Positions 1 to 8,994 of a DNA stretch of 64,000 nucleotides are shown here, one piece after another. The notes beneath the pieces were generated by a model, which was not told where the DNA came from, searched no databases, and was given only the letters and a program-made list of their open reading frames with translations. Position 1 is the first letter of the stretch. Each line of letters starts with the position of its first letter. Made by a program: the position numbers and the translations under genes. The stretch spans positions 1 through 64,000 of the forward strand of contig JAHLVW010000047.1 of NCBI GenBank assembly GCA_019058275.1. Direction: 5' to 3'. The DNA is from Candidatus Heimdallarchaeota archaeon (GTDB lineage: Archaea > Asgardarchaeota > Heimdallarchaeia > JABLTI01).

Positions 1-189
1 CCTTACTTCACTTCCGCCCATTGCCATTTTTTCCAATGGAAATTTACTTCTTATTGGGTCGCATTCTGGAGCTTCTGTGACTATTCCTGCTTGTACTCTA
101 GGTGCTGCACCTGCTTTGATAGCTGCTATGCCAGTCAAAGTAGTAGTAGATACTGCACCGTAAGCACCTATTAACCAAATTCCAGCCAT
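1..189 (-). CDS. ino1: myo-inositol-1-phosphate synthase, 5' part (runs off window)
   Basis: Manual translation from ATG at 189: MAGIWLIGAYGAVSTTTLTGIAAIKAGAAP...GGSEVR, matching the archaeal MIPS N-terminal Rossmann motif (WLxGAYGxVST). Not in the ORF track. Confidence 0.85.
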   Translation of the reverse strand, partial: MAGIWLIGAYGAVSTTTLTGIAAIKAGAAPRVQAGIVTEAPECDPIRSKFPLEKMAMGGSEVR

Positions 190-327
190 TATTATTCTTC
201 CTGTCACAATAATCAATATTAACTTATTTTATAGTCATATAATATCAATTACCTTTAAATATTTTAGGTATTTCTGCAAAAGATAAGAAGAAAAATGAAA
301 AATAAAATAATAAGAAAAAAGGAAAAA

Positions 328-936
328 TTAGCTTTTGAGAGCTTTCAGATGCAGAAACAGCTCTTTACCAGCTTCATCAGATTTGCCCTGACGATTCTTA
401 ATAACTGATAACAAAGCACCAGTTTTCTGACAAATAGTAGATGCTACTGTTTTGTTTATTAATTGATGTTCAAACAAGACATTAACAGTATCTTGATCTC
501 TAGTTCTAGATTGATCATATGCTCTTCTTTGAAAGATTTCTTGAGGATCAGTTTCAATTAAAACAAGTAACTTAGGATTTAACCCATCAGATACCCATTG
601 AGGAATACCTTGTAGAAAAGTACCTGAACCTGTTTTAATTGTATAGTGTGTATCAACAATCACTACTTTACCCCTTGCTCGTTTACCAATGCGAAAGGCT
701 GCTCTTCTTTGAATTTCCTTTTGTGTATTTGTAGGAAGTTTTCTTAACTCATCTCTGTGTTGAACATTGAATTCTTCTTTTGCTATTTCCATCATTACTG
801 AACCATAAACAATAATCAAAATTTCAAAATCGTTTTTGCTAGCAAATTCAAGTGCTTTGTTTATTACTGTTGTTTTACCAACACCAGGAACACCGCCAAC
901 AATTGCAATGCTTCCTTCGTTTTCCATTTTAATCAC
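328..936 (-). CDS. adkA: archaeal adenylate kinase
   Basis: P-loop GVPGVGKTT, YGSVM, RDELRKL and VDTH motifs. Confidence 0.93.
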   Translation of the reverse strand: MIKMENEGSIAIVGGVPGVGKTTVINKALEFASKNDFEILIIVYGSVMMEIAKEEFNVQHRDELRKLPTNTQKEIQRRAAFRIGKRARGKVVIVDTHYTIKTGSGTFLQGIPQWVSDGLNPKLLVLIETDPQEIFQRRAYDQSRTRDQDTVNVLFEHQLINKTVASTICQKTGALLSVIKNRQGKSDEAGKELFLHLKALKS

Positions 937-942
937 AACTTA

Positions 943-2523
943 TTATAGGTCTAAATTATCCAGCAATTCTATTATCTTTTTATGACTTCTTTTGCTGATC
1001 ATATTATTTTGGATTAGAAATTCTAATCCTTGTCTAACAGCTCCAGCAAATTCACTAGTTGCGAGATAGTTAGTTGCCCTTAACGCATCAAATGAGGATT
1101 TTAATCTTCGGTTAAATACCAATTCTTCTGCTAACTTATCAGCAGCTTGCTTTCCTTCCTTAATTGCTGAATCCATATTAGCATTAGGATAGTCAGGGGA
1201 TCTTAACCCACCTCTTGGTTTCATAAGAGGGGGTATGACATAATATCTGACATCATCTCTATCTTGGAATTTAATTAAATAAAGAGAGAGAATAATATTT
1301 GAAGGAACATCTCCACCTTGACCAAGAGTTGATTTATTAATTACCTCTTTGCGATTATTAACTGCATTTTGAAGTTTTTTGCACATTGCATCAGTATTTT
1401 CCTTAATACTTTCTCTCATTTCTGTCAAGTTAGATAAGGCATTATCTCTAGACATACGTAGAGTATCAACTTCATCCTCTGCTTTTGCTTTCTTTGTCTC
1501 ATATTCTTTAACAACATCATCTTTTCTAGTCATGAAATCTTGAGTAATTGCATTTAATGTTTTAGCTAATTTCTTTCGATTATTTTCTAATTCTTTAACT
1601 TTACCTGAGATATTTTCAATTTGCTCTTTTGATTTTGTAAGAAAACTTTTCATATTAGATTGGAACCTTGGAGTTTCAAGAGAAGCTACTTCATTTATTA
1701 TATTGCGAGCATGTTCCTGAATTGGACTTATCATACCTGTAAGACCAAGAGTACTTGACTCAAATTTAGATAGCTCTCTGAACACTGCTTGATTTGCTCT
1801 TTCAAGATTTGTATCTATTGTTTCATCCATCTTCTCTTTATAGCTTTGAATTCTGTTTTCTACTTCATCTTGAATTCGTGCTATTCGGTCTGCGAAATTC
1901 CTTTCTATATTTTCAATTTGAGAGTTTATCTCTGACAACCAATAATGAGCTAACTCTTGTAGTTGATCTTGTACCTCGCTAAATCTGGGAGTTTCGTTTA
2001 ATAGATCAATAATTTCTTGACTTAAAGCCTGATCAAATGTAGGCAGAATAAGAGGTGTATCAATCATACTATCAGTGACCGTTTTTCTTACTAGATCAAC
2101 AGTTGATCGAGTAAAATCCCGATTAAACAATGGATAATTAGTAGTCTCAAGTATGAGAATTGAATTTGCTTCATGTAAACTTTCAACATAAGCTTTCAGA
2201 GTAGAAGCATCTTGTAGAGCTTTTAATTGAGCAAAAACATTTGTTAGTGATAAATCTTGTAATCCGGTGCCACCACCATATAATCCTAAGGAATCTATCA
2301 AAACAATTCTGTGATTTATAGAATCAACTACTATTCGCCAATAGAATTTTGATACTTGTGTAAGTCGTTCTTTTGACCTTTTGAAAAATCCCCCTTTCTT
2401 TAATTTATCACCTACAACACCAACAACATATGCGAATTCTGCTTCCAATGGTATTTCACTACTTCTTGAATCTACTACAAATGGAATTACGTTCTCTCTT
2501 TGAAGACTCATTAACTTCACCAA
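943..2523 (-). CDS. hypothetical protein with long central coiled coil between globular N- and C-terminal segments
   Basis: 526 aa ORF; heptad-rich from about aa 180 to 400; beta-rich ends (FYWRIVV...LIDSLG; LYLIKF...RYYVIPP). Confidence 0.7.
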   Translation of the reverse strand: MVKLMSLQRENVIPFVVDSRSSEIPLEAEFAYVVGVVGDKLKKGGFFKRSKERLTQVSKFYWRIVVDSINHRIVLIDSLGLYGGGTGLQDLSLTNVFAQLKALQDASTLKAYVESLHEANSILILETTNYPLFNRDFTRSTVDLVRKTVTDSMIDTPLILPTFDQALSQEIIDLLNETPRFSEVQDQLQELAHYWLSEINSQIENIERNFADRIARIQDEVENRIQSYKEKMDETIDTNLERANQAVFRELSKFESSTLGLTGMISPIQEHARNIINEVASLETPRFQSNMKSFLTKSKEQIENISGKVKELENNRKKLAKTLNAITQDFMTRKDDVVKEYETKKAKAEDEVDTLRMSRDNALSNLTEMRESIKENTDAMCKKLQNAVNNRKEVINKSTLGQGGDVPSNIILSLYLIKFQDRDDVRYYVIPPLMKPRGGLRSPDYPNANMDSAIKEGKQAADKLAEELVFNRRLKSSFDALRATNYLATSEFAGAVRQGLEFLIQNNMISKRSHKKIIELLDNLDL

Positions 2524-2665
2524 CTACCTATTTATTGTTAATAATCAAATCTAATATTACTAATATTAATTATCAATTAACCACAACATATATGATTCTT
2601 TGTTAATACACAAGGATAAACTCAAAGAGAATATTAATATCAAAAAAGAAGAAACTTGGTAAAAA

Positions 2666-3709
2666 CTAAGTCAAATGTAATTTTCTTTTCTTATTTTTCT
2701 TGGATTTTTTATTTATTTCTTGAAACATCTGTTCTTCTTTAAAAAATGGGCAATTTGCCTCATATAATAATCTCAATTTCCGAAGTTGATACTGAATGTT
2801 CTCTCTTGGTCTTTCTCCAGTTAATGAAGCAAAGCTACAATCATGAATTGAATAAAGAATCGCCAAAGCTCTCAAGTTATCAAAATGAACAAAATTGGAA
2901 AATCCTTGATCTTCTTCAACAACACATAGCTTTCTATAATGTTTGCAGTGTTTTACGCAAGAAAGGCAGCTAGTAATATTTGCTTTAACCTGATTTCTGT
3001 AGAAGTCTATATCGAAAGTGTAGATATCTTTAGTTAAAGTCACTACACCTGATTCCTGAAGATTATAACCTAATCTATTAACTAAATTCTGAACTTTATC
3101 AAAAGATTTCTTGTTATAAAGTTTGAAGATTTTTGATGGTTTAACTAATTGAGGAGTAAATGTTTGATATTCACCAGATCTTATGTCATCAGCGATTTTT
3201 TGCCCTATTTCATAAAAGATTGTAGAGAGTAAGGATAAATCATTAATAGTTTTGAAATAAATTGCTCTTCTATTTTCATGCTCAGAAAGGCTAGCTGGAA
3301 GTTTATTAAAATTGCTTTGGTCTTGAGCTATAGTAAGAATGGTTGTTGGTACACCTTGTGGAGTAATTAAATACAAATCATCTAAGCTATTGTACTCCTC
3401 TTGATTCCTGTTCAAGATGATTGAATGAGAAGCACCTGAATAATATGCCATACGAAACTGTTCGAATCGTTCATCATCGCTTATTATCCAAATAGACATG
3501 CATAACATACCAAGAGAGGTCTCAATTCTTGAAATTAATGGATACATACCAATAGTATTAATGCAATTTGTACTGACAGTGGATTCAGAATATTCCATTA
3601 ATTGTTCGGCAATTTGATGAGCATCTTTTGTAAAAAGAAGTATCTTACTTAAGTAGATATTCTCATCAAAAGAATTCCCATTTACCGAAATGAATTCCCT
3701 ATTAGGCAC
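2666..3709 (-). CDS. degenerate Rab-like small GTPase domain fused to a Cys-rich C-terminal domain
   Basis: KILL...TIG...SIWIISDDERFEQFRMAYYSGA follows the Rab beta1/G2/switch II pattern; no GxxxxGK[ST], DxxG or NKxD; CLSCVKHC-x6-C in the C-terminal part. Confidence 0.6.
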   Translation of the reverse strand: MPNREFISVNGNSFDENIYLSKILLFTKDAHQIAEQLMEYSESTVSTNCINTIGMYPLISRIETSLGMLCMSIWIISDDERFEQFRMAYYSGASHSIILNRNQEEYNSLDDLYLITPQGVPTTILTIAQDQSNFNKLPASLSEHENRRAIYFKTINDLSLLSTIFYEIGQKIADDIRSGEYQTFTPQLVKPSKIFKLYNKKSFDKVQNLVNRLGYNLQESGVVTLTKDIYTFDIDFYRNQVKANITSCLSCVKHCKHYRKLCVVEEDQGFSNFVHFDNLRALAILYSIHDCSFASLTGERPRENIQYQLRKLRLLYEANCPFFKEEQMFQEINKKSKKNKKRKLHLT

Positions 3710-3966
3710 TGAATTACCCTCTTACAACTATAACTTTCTAAATAAATTTCCTTATCATGGAATTACATTTTGTATATAACTGGTTATACTTTTAAAAATA
3801 TTTACCTCTAAAGTATATAATAAAAAAAGACTTCTGACATAACTTATCGAAGAACACTAAATTAGCTTTAAAAAGTGTTAATTTATCAAAAACCAAACTA
3901 TTTTATCCAAAGATTTTTAGTGAGAGGGGCACAACTAGATTTTAGTTATAATAAAATAGTAGGAAT

Positions 3967-4374
3967 GTGGAAAATTTAAGTAAACCTAAAACTAAAAAAC
4001 CTAAACCAAAAAAAGGTCAAAGGAAACGTAGAAGAAAAACTGATGATGATCCCAGTGTATCAATAAAAACGACTGGTGCACAAGGACAAACAGAGTACAT
4101 TAGAGTACGTTTGCCAAAGGAAGGAGAAGTACTAGGTGTAGTAACTCAAATTCTAGGTGCTGATCGACTCAAGGTTAGATGTACAGACGGACACACAAGA
4201 GTTGTTCGAATCCCTGGGAAATATCGTAAAAGACTTTGGACAAGGCAAAATGATATTGTAAGTGTTTTGCCTTGGTATGATTTGCAAGAAGATACCAGAG
4301 CAGATTTAGTATATCGTTACAGAAGAAATCAAGCAGAATGGCTTGAAAAGAAAGGTTATATTACATTAGATTAG
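3967..4374 (+). CDS. eif1a: translation initiation factor aIF-1A
   Basis: RVRLPKEGEVLGVV..LGADRLKVRCTDG..R..RIPGK...WL OB-fold signature. Confidence 0.95.
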   Translation: MENLSKPKTKKPKPKKGQRKRRRKTDDDPSVSIKTTGAQGQTEYIRVRLPKEGEVLGVVTQILGADRLKVRCTDGHTRVVRIPGKYRKRLWTRQNDIVSVLPWYDLQEDTRADLVYRYRRNQAEWLEKKGYITLD

Positions 4375-4498
4375 ACTTCTTTTAGCAATTATCACCTTTT
4401 CTTTTCAATTTTAGTTCACTGAAGTTTTATTTTATTAAATGACATACTATTGAGTTATTAATGTAAATGAATAAGTAATAACAGTAAGAAGCAATGGT

Positions 4499-5410
4499 TT
4501 GGAGAGGATAACTCTGGTAAAGAAGAAGAAAACAAAAGAACAAGAAGATGAGGATATTGAAGAAAAACCATTACTTGAAATTGAAGATGAGAATAGCAAA
4601 ATTATAAAAGAACTAATAGCTGCTGATAAACTACAAAAAACCAAAATTGATGATATGAAAATCAAAATTAAAGATAGTGATTCCTTAAAAGTTGCTGAAT
4701 CAGTTTTGGATGTAGAAACTCGAACTACTCTGTTCAATTTGCGAAAAAGAAAAATCATTGAAAACATGACTGGAGTAATATCAACAGGAAAGGAAGCAAA
4801 TGTTTATCACGGTTATGCACCAGACGGGACTGAATTAGCAATCAAAATTTACCGCACTTCAACAAATATCTTCAAAGGCTTACAGATATACATTCTTGGT
4901 GACCCCCGCTTCGCTAAAATCAAAAGAGATCAACGTTCGTTAGTATATGCTTGGGCTCGAAAGGAATTTAAGAATTTATCTCGAGCATATAAAGCAAAAG
5001 TTTCTGTACCTAAACCAATCTATAATCTCAAAGACATAGTTGTTATGGAGTTTATTGGCAAAGAGAGTTTGCCTTACAGAATTATGAAAGAAGAAGAAAT
5101 AGATGATCCACAAGCAACATATAAAGAAGTATTAAGTAACTTGAGGAAGCTTTACACAAAAGCAAGATTAGTTCATGCTGACCTTTCAGAATATAATATG
5201 ATTTACACGCCTAAAGTTTATTTCATAGATATTTCTCAAGCAGTTTTGCTTGATCATCCTTATGCAGAGATCTTTCTCTTTAGAGATATAAAGAACATTA
5301 CAAGATACTTTTATTCTCAAGGTGCAAAAGTGCAAAAACCTGAGAAATTATATGAGAAACTTGTAGGAGAACCACCATCAGATAAAGTGCTTGCATTTGA
5401 AATGAAGTAG
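4499..5410 (+). CDS. rio1: RIO1 atypical protein kinase
   Basis: STGKEANVY, AIKIY, WARKEFKNL, LVHADLSEYN and IDISQAV motifs. Confidence 0.95.
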   Translation: MERITLVKKKKTKEQEDEDIEEKPLLEIEDENSKIIKELIAADKLQKTKIDDMKIKIKDSDSLKVAESVLDVETRTTLFNLRKRKIIENMTGVISTGKEANVYHGYAPDGTELAIKIYRTSTNIFKGLQIYILGDPRFAKIKRDQRSLVYAWARKEFKNLSRAYKAKVSVPKPIYNLKDIVVMEFIGKESLPYRIMKEEEIDDPQATYKEVLSNLRKLYTKARLVHADLSEYNMIYTPKVYFIDISQAVLLDHPYAEIFLFRDIKNITRYFYSQGAKVQKPEKLYEKLVGEPPSDKVLAFEMK

Positions 5411-5490
5411 GACTAAAAAACCGATAAATAGTATCAATGCAAAATCATTAAAGAGTAAAGAAATGAAAAACTTTTAGGAGGATCAAATAT

Positions 5491-6093
5491 TTGGATTTTG
5501 AATCTCAGGAAAATATTAGTACATTCATCGTAACAATTCCAAACAATCGGATCGGTGCTCTTATTGGTCCAAATGGAAGAGTTAAAAATCGACTAGAAAA
5601 GCTTGCTGGAGTAGAAGTAAAAATCGATAGTGGCTCTGGTGAAGTCTTCATAAGCTCTAAACCAGATATAAAGGATCCATTTTTGGTAATTAAAGCAAGG
5701 GACATTGTACATGCTGTTGGAAGAGGATTCAATCCACAAATAGCATTTTCATTAATAGATGAAGACATGTATTTGGAAATAATCAATATGAAAACTGTTG
5801 TGGGAACTAATCCAAATAAACTAAAGAGAATACGAGGGAGAATCATTGGAAAAGAGGGTAGAACACGTAGAGTAATAGAAGAAACTACAGGCACAAGAAT
5901 CTCTGTATTTGGCAATACTGTGGGAATCATAGGTCCGTATGAAAGACTAAAAGTAGCTAGAGATGCAGTTCATTTGCTTCTTGAAGGTGCTAAACATGGC
6001 ACAGTTTACGGATTCTTAGAAGAAAAAGCCCAGAAGTTTAGATTGAGCACAAGAGAAATATGGGACAAGGCATCAAGAGATTCAAAGATTTGA
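5491..6093 (+). CDS. KH-domain pre-rRNA processing protein (Dim2/Pno1 family)
   Basis: Two GxxG KH motifs (IGPNG, IIGKEG), AVGRGF and HGTVY; follows rio1. Confidence 0.92.
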   Translation: MDFESQENISTFIVTIPNNRIGALIGPNGRVKNRLEKLAGVEVKIDSGSGEVFISSKPDIKDPFLVIKARDIVHAVGRGFNPQIAFSLIDEDMYLEIINMKTVVGTNPNKLKRIRGRIIGKEGRTRRVIEETTGTRISVFGNTVGIIGPYERLKVARDAVHLLLEGAKHGTVYGFLEEKAQKFRLSTREIWDKASRDSKI

Positions 6094-6116
6094 AAAATAA
6101 ATTGAGGATGAGATAG

Positions 6117-7319
6117 CTGAAAGTACGTCAAGCAACCAAAGAAGACTTTGAAGACATCACAAACATAACTGCAATAAGTTATGGTTATGATCCAACAGGA
6201 CATACTGAAAGATTGCAAAAACAATATGAACTTACTTATGATGAGAATTTTTGTATCGAAGCAGATGGAAAAGTAAGAGCCAATATTCGATTTATTAATT
6301 TTAATCAAAATATTCGTGGGAAATGGGTTAAGATGGGAGGTATTGCTATGGTTGTTACTGATCCTATGTACAGAAGAAAGGGATATGTAAAAAAAATTAT
6401 GAACTATTTGATTGAAAAAATGAAAAAAGAGAATTTCGATGTTTCAGCTTTATATCCCTTTATAGATACATTTTATTCTGCTTATGGTTATGTAAATATT
6501 TCACCTTTCGTAACAATGAAATTCGATCCAAAATATTTCAGTCGTTGGAAAAATTTGCCTGAAGGATATTCTGTAAAAAGATTATCTCATGAAAAAGGTT
6601 TCAAATATTACAAAGAAATTCACAACAAAATTGTTAATACAATTCATGGATCTGTGAAAAGAAACGAAAAACGATGGAAAGAATATGATCGTCCAGGTCC
6701 AGGATGGTTTGTAGTTACTTTTAATAAAAATGGAAAACCTGAAGGTGTAATGAAGTATTCATCTAAGGGCTTCAGTAGGGGTTTTGATTGGACAGAAGAA
6801 GGAAAACTTCGAGTATCTGAAATACATACTCTAACTCCAAAAAGCCGACATGCTTTGTATAATTACTTATATCTTCATTCAGATCAAATTGTTGAGGCTT
6901 GTTTGCCAATCTACCCAAACCAATCTATGATGTATCCTTGGTTACAAGGTTACTACATGACTGAATTAAATCCAATGAACATTTGGCAAGCAAGAATAAT
7001 AGATGTGAAAAGCACACTTGATAACATCGCTGTTTCTTATGATGCACAAATAAACATAAGAATCACTGATAAACAAATTACTGAGAATAATCAAACATAT
7101 GCTATTAAAGCTCATGATGGAAAACTCAAAGTAGAAACAAGTAAAAAAGAAGCAGAACTAGAGATGACAATTGAAGGTCTATCATCTTTGGTTTATGGTG
7201 TTCTACTAACAAATGATTTGGAAGCATTTGGTTGGCTAAAGAATGCCAAAGAAGAAGAAAAGGCATTATTAGATAAATGGTTCCCATTACAAGAACCAAC
7301 ATTAACAGAAGGATTCTGA
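6117..7319 (+). CDS. Eis-like GNAT acetyltransferase with C-terminal SCP2-like domain (probable CTG start)
   Basis: VVTDPMYRRKGY acetyl-CoA motif, SALYPF..FY..YGY, RIIDVK and LSSLVYG. The frame is open upstream of the tracked TTG (6213) to CTG at 6117 (LKVRQATKEDFEDI, a typical GNAT start). Confidence 0.85.
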   Translation: MKVRQATKEDFEDITNITAISYGYDPTGHTERLQKQYELTYDENFCIEADGKVRANIRFINFNQNIRGKWVKMGGIAMVVTDPMYRRKGYVKKIMNYLIEKMKKENFDVSALYPFIDTFYSAYGYVNISPFVTMKFDPKYFSRWKNLPEGYSVKRLSHEKGFKYYKEIHNKIVNTIHGSVKRNEKRWKEYDRPGPGWFVVTFNKNGKPEGVMKYSSKGFSRGFDWTEEGKLRVSEIHTLTPKSRHALYNYLYLHSDQIVEACLPIYPNQSMMYPWLQGYYMTELNPMNIWQARIIDVKSTLDNIAVSYDAQINIRITDKQITENNQTYAIKAHDGKLKVETSKKEAELEMTIEGLSSLVYGVLLTNDLEAFGWLKNAKEEEKALLDKWFPLQEPTLTEGF

Positions 7320-7330
7320 TAGAATCTTTG

Positions 7331-7699
7331 GTGGATAGATTGAATCCAAAGTGGCAAAAATTATCAATTGAGCTTGAAGAACTGCTTGACACAATGTTAA
7401 ACTTTAATAATGTGACAAAGAGAAGGATGTTTAGCAGTCAAGCTTATTTTGCTAATGGAAATATGTTTGTTGGTGTCTTTGAAGATACTATCTTTTTAAG
7501 ATTATCAGAAAAAGATAGAGAATTGATAAAAGACCAATACAACGATATTGAACATTTTGAACCATTAGAAGGTAAGAAGATGAGAGAGTATTTGGTTATC
7601 ACTGAACAAATTTTTGGTAATATACAGGAGTTTGAGAAATGGTTAGATAAATCATATCAATACGCTTCGAAAATACCACCAAAGAAACGAAAGAAATAG
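7331..7699 (+). CDS. TfoX/Sxy N-terminal domain protein
   Basis: KRRMF...YFANGNMF.GV..D.IFLRL...F.P..GKKMREY...W..KS..YA..IPPK. GTG 7331 or TTG 7328 avoids the overlap implied by the tracked start at 7277. Confidence 0.8.
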   Translation: MDRLNPKWQKLSIELEELLDTMLNFNNVTKRRMFSSQAYFANGNMFVGVFEDTIFLRLSEKDRELIKDQYNDIEHFEPLEGKKMREYLVITEQIFGNIQEFEKWLDKSYQYASKIPPKKRKK

Positions 7700-7712
7700 A
7701 TTTGACAAATTT

Positions 7713-8861
7713 TTATTTTATCATTCTGATTGCATTCATAAATCGCTCTTTAATTTTAATTGCTGATAAGGGGATATTTTCAACATCAGCATTGCCTGGT
7801 TTGAGTATTATATGAAGTAATCTTGGACCATAGCTTTTCTTCTTGCAGATATTGATGATTTCTTCAGGTTCGTAAGCTTTATGTGTATTATCAAAACCAT
7901 AGGCTCTTGCCAATAATTCGAGATCAATTTTACTAAACGCTAATGTTAACTGATTACCAGTGGATCCACAAGCTCCATTATCCATTAAAAGAACAGTTAG
8001 GTTATTACAATAGTTCTTTTCTTGTGTTATAGTACCAAGAATATTTGGATTTGTTAGAATGCTTGCATCTCCATCAATAACAATGACTTCGCTTTCTTTT
8101 ACCAATGCTATTCCTAAACCAATTGCTGATGCCATTCCGAAGCTACCTAACATGTAGAAGTTTGATGGTTGGTCAGATAATTTGAATAATTCCTTACTTG
8201 GAACACCAATATTGCTAATTACGATTTTATTTGTAAGCTGATTTGTTAATGCTTGAATTGCTCTGTATCTGGTAATTTTGGGTTCTGTGATAGTTGTACT
8301 TGCTTTGCCTAAAACAAAAGCAAATTTTCTGATAGGATAGGATTCCTCATCTGGTTTGCTCATATCATATTCACTTTGCTCCCAAAATTTAGGTGAAACA
8401 AAAATTCCAATAGGAATGGATTTTTCATAAGCCATAGAAAATGCTTCTTCGATTTTCTTGGTATCATCTTTCTCTTCAACAAGAACATAGGGAAGTTCAA
8501 CTGCTTCAAAGATCCCGGGTAAGTATTCACCCATTGGTTTTTGTGCTTCAATCTTCTCTTTATAAATTCCTCGCCAACTGATGATCATTGGTATTGGTAT
8601 TTCATAGACTTTGGCTAATGACAAAAGAGCATTTAATGAATTGCCTATTCCACCACTTTGAAACATCATAACAGAACGTTTGCCAGCTAAATGAATTCCA
8701 GTTGATATTCCTACACCCTCTTCTTCTCGAGATAATGGTATATGATGGAGATTCTCTTCTGTTAAATTTAATAGTCGCTTTATTTTAGCACATGGTAGAG
8801 TTAGAGCATATACTATTTTATATTTCTTTAAAAGTTCAATAATTTCATTTTCCAAGTCCAT
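7713..8861 (-). CDS. comDE: fused sulfopyruvate decarboxylase alpha/beta (ComDE-like), TPP-dependent
   Basis: TLPC, SREEEGVGI, QSGGIGN, SWRG.YKE.IEAQ (alpha); NIG.PSKEL, NFYMLGS.G, DGDAS and DNG..GSTGNQ (beta). Confidence 0.88.
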   Translation of the reverse strand: MDLENEIIELLKKYKIVYALTLPCAKIKRLLNLTEENLHHIPLSREEEGVGISTGIHLAGKRSVMMFQSGGIGNSLNALLSLAKVYEIPIPMIISWRGIYKEKIEAQKPMGEYLPGIFEAVELPYVLVEEKDDTKKIEEAFSMAYEKSIPIGIFVSPKFWEQSEYDMSKPDEESYPIRKFAFVLGKASTTITEPKITRYRAIQALTNQLTNKIVISNIGVPSKELFKLSDQPSNFYMLGSFGMASAIGLGIALVKESEVIVIDGDASILTNPNILGTITQEKNYCNNLTVLLMDNGACGSTGNQLTLAFSKIDLELLARAYGFDNTHKAYEPEEIINICKKKSYGPRLLHIILKPGNADVENIPLSAIKIKERFMNAIRMIK

Positions 8862-8994
8862 GAATGTAACCTCAAATAACTTCGATTACTAAAATGTGAT
8901 TTTAAATCATTAGTTAAGATGCTTATTAATACATTTGATTAAATTATTGTGTTTAAAAATTTGTGATGAAAAAGAAAAAATGAGAGTAAAGAGA

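Noticed and set aside
6108-6119. ATG-AGA-TAG-CTG as amber (pyrrolysine) readthrough
   Set aside because: The SD-like motif overlaps the ATG and fits CTG 6117 better; no other in-frame TAG cases or pyl genes in the window.
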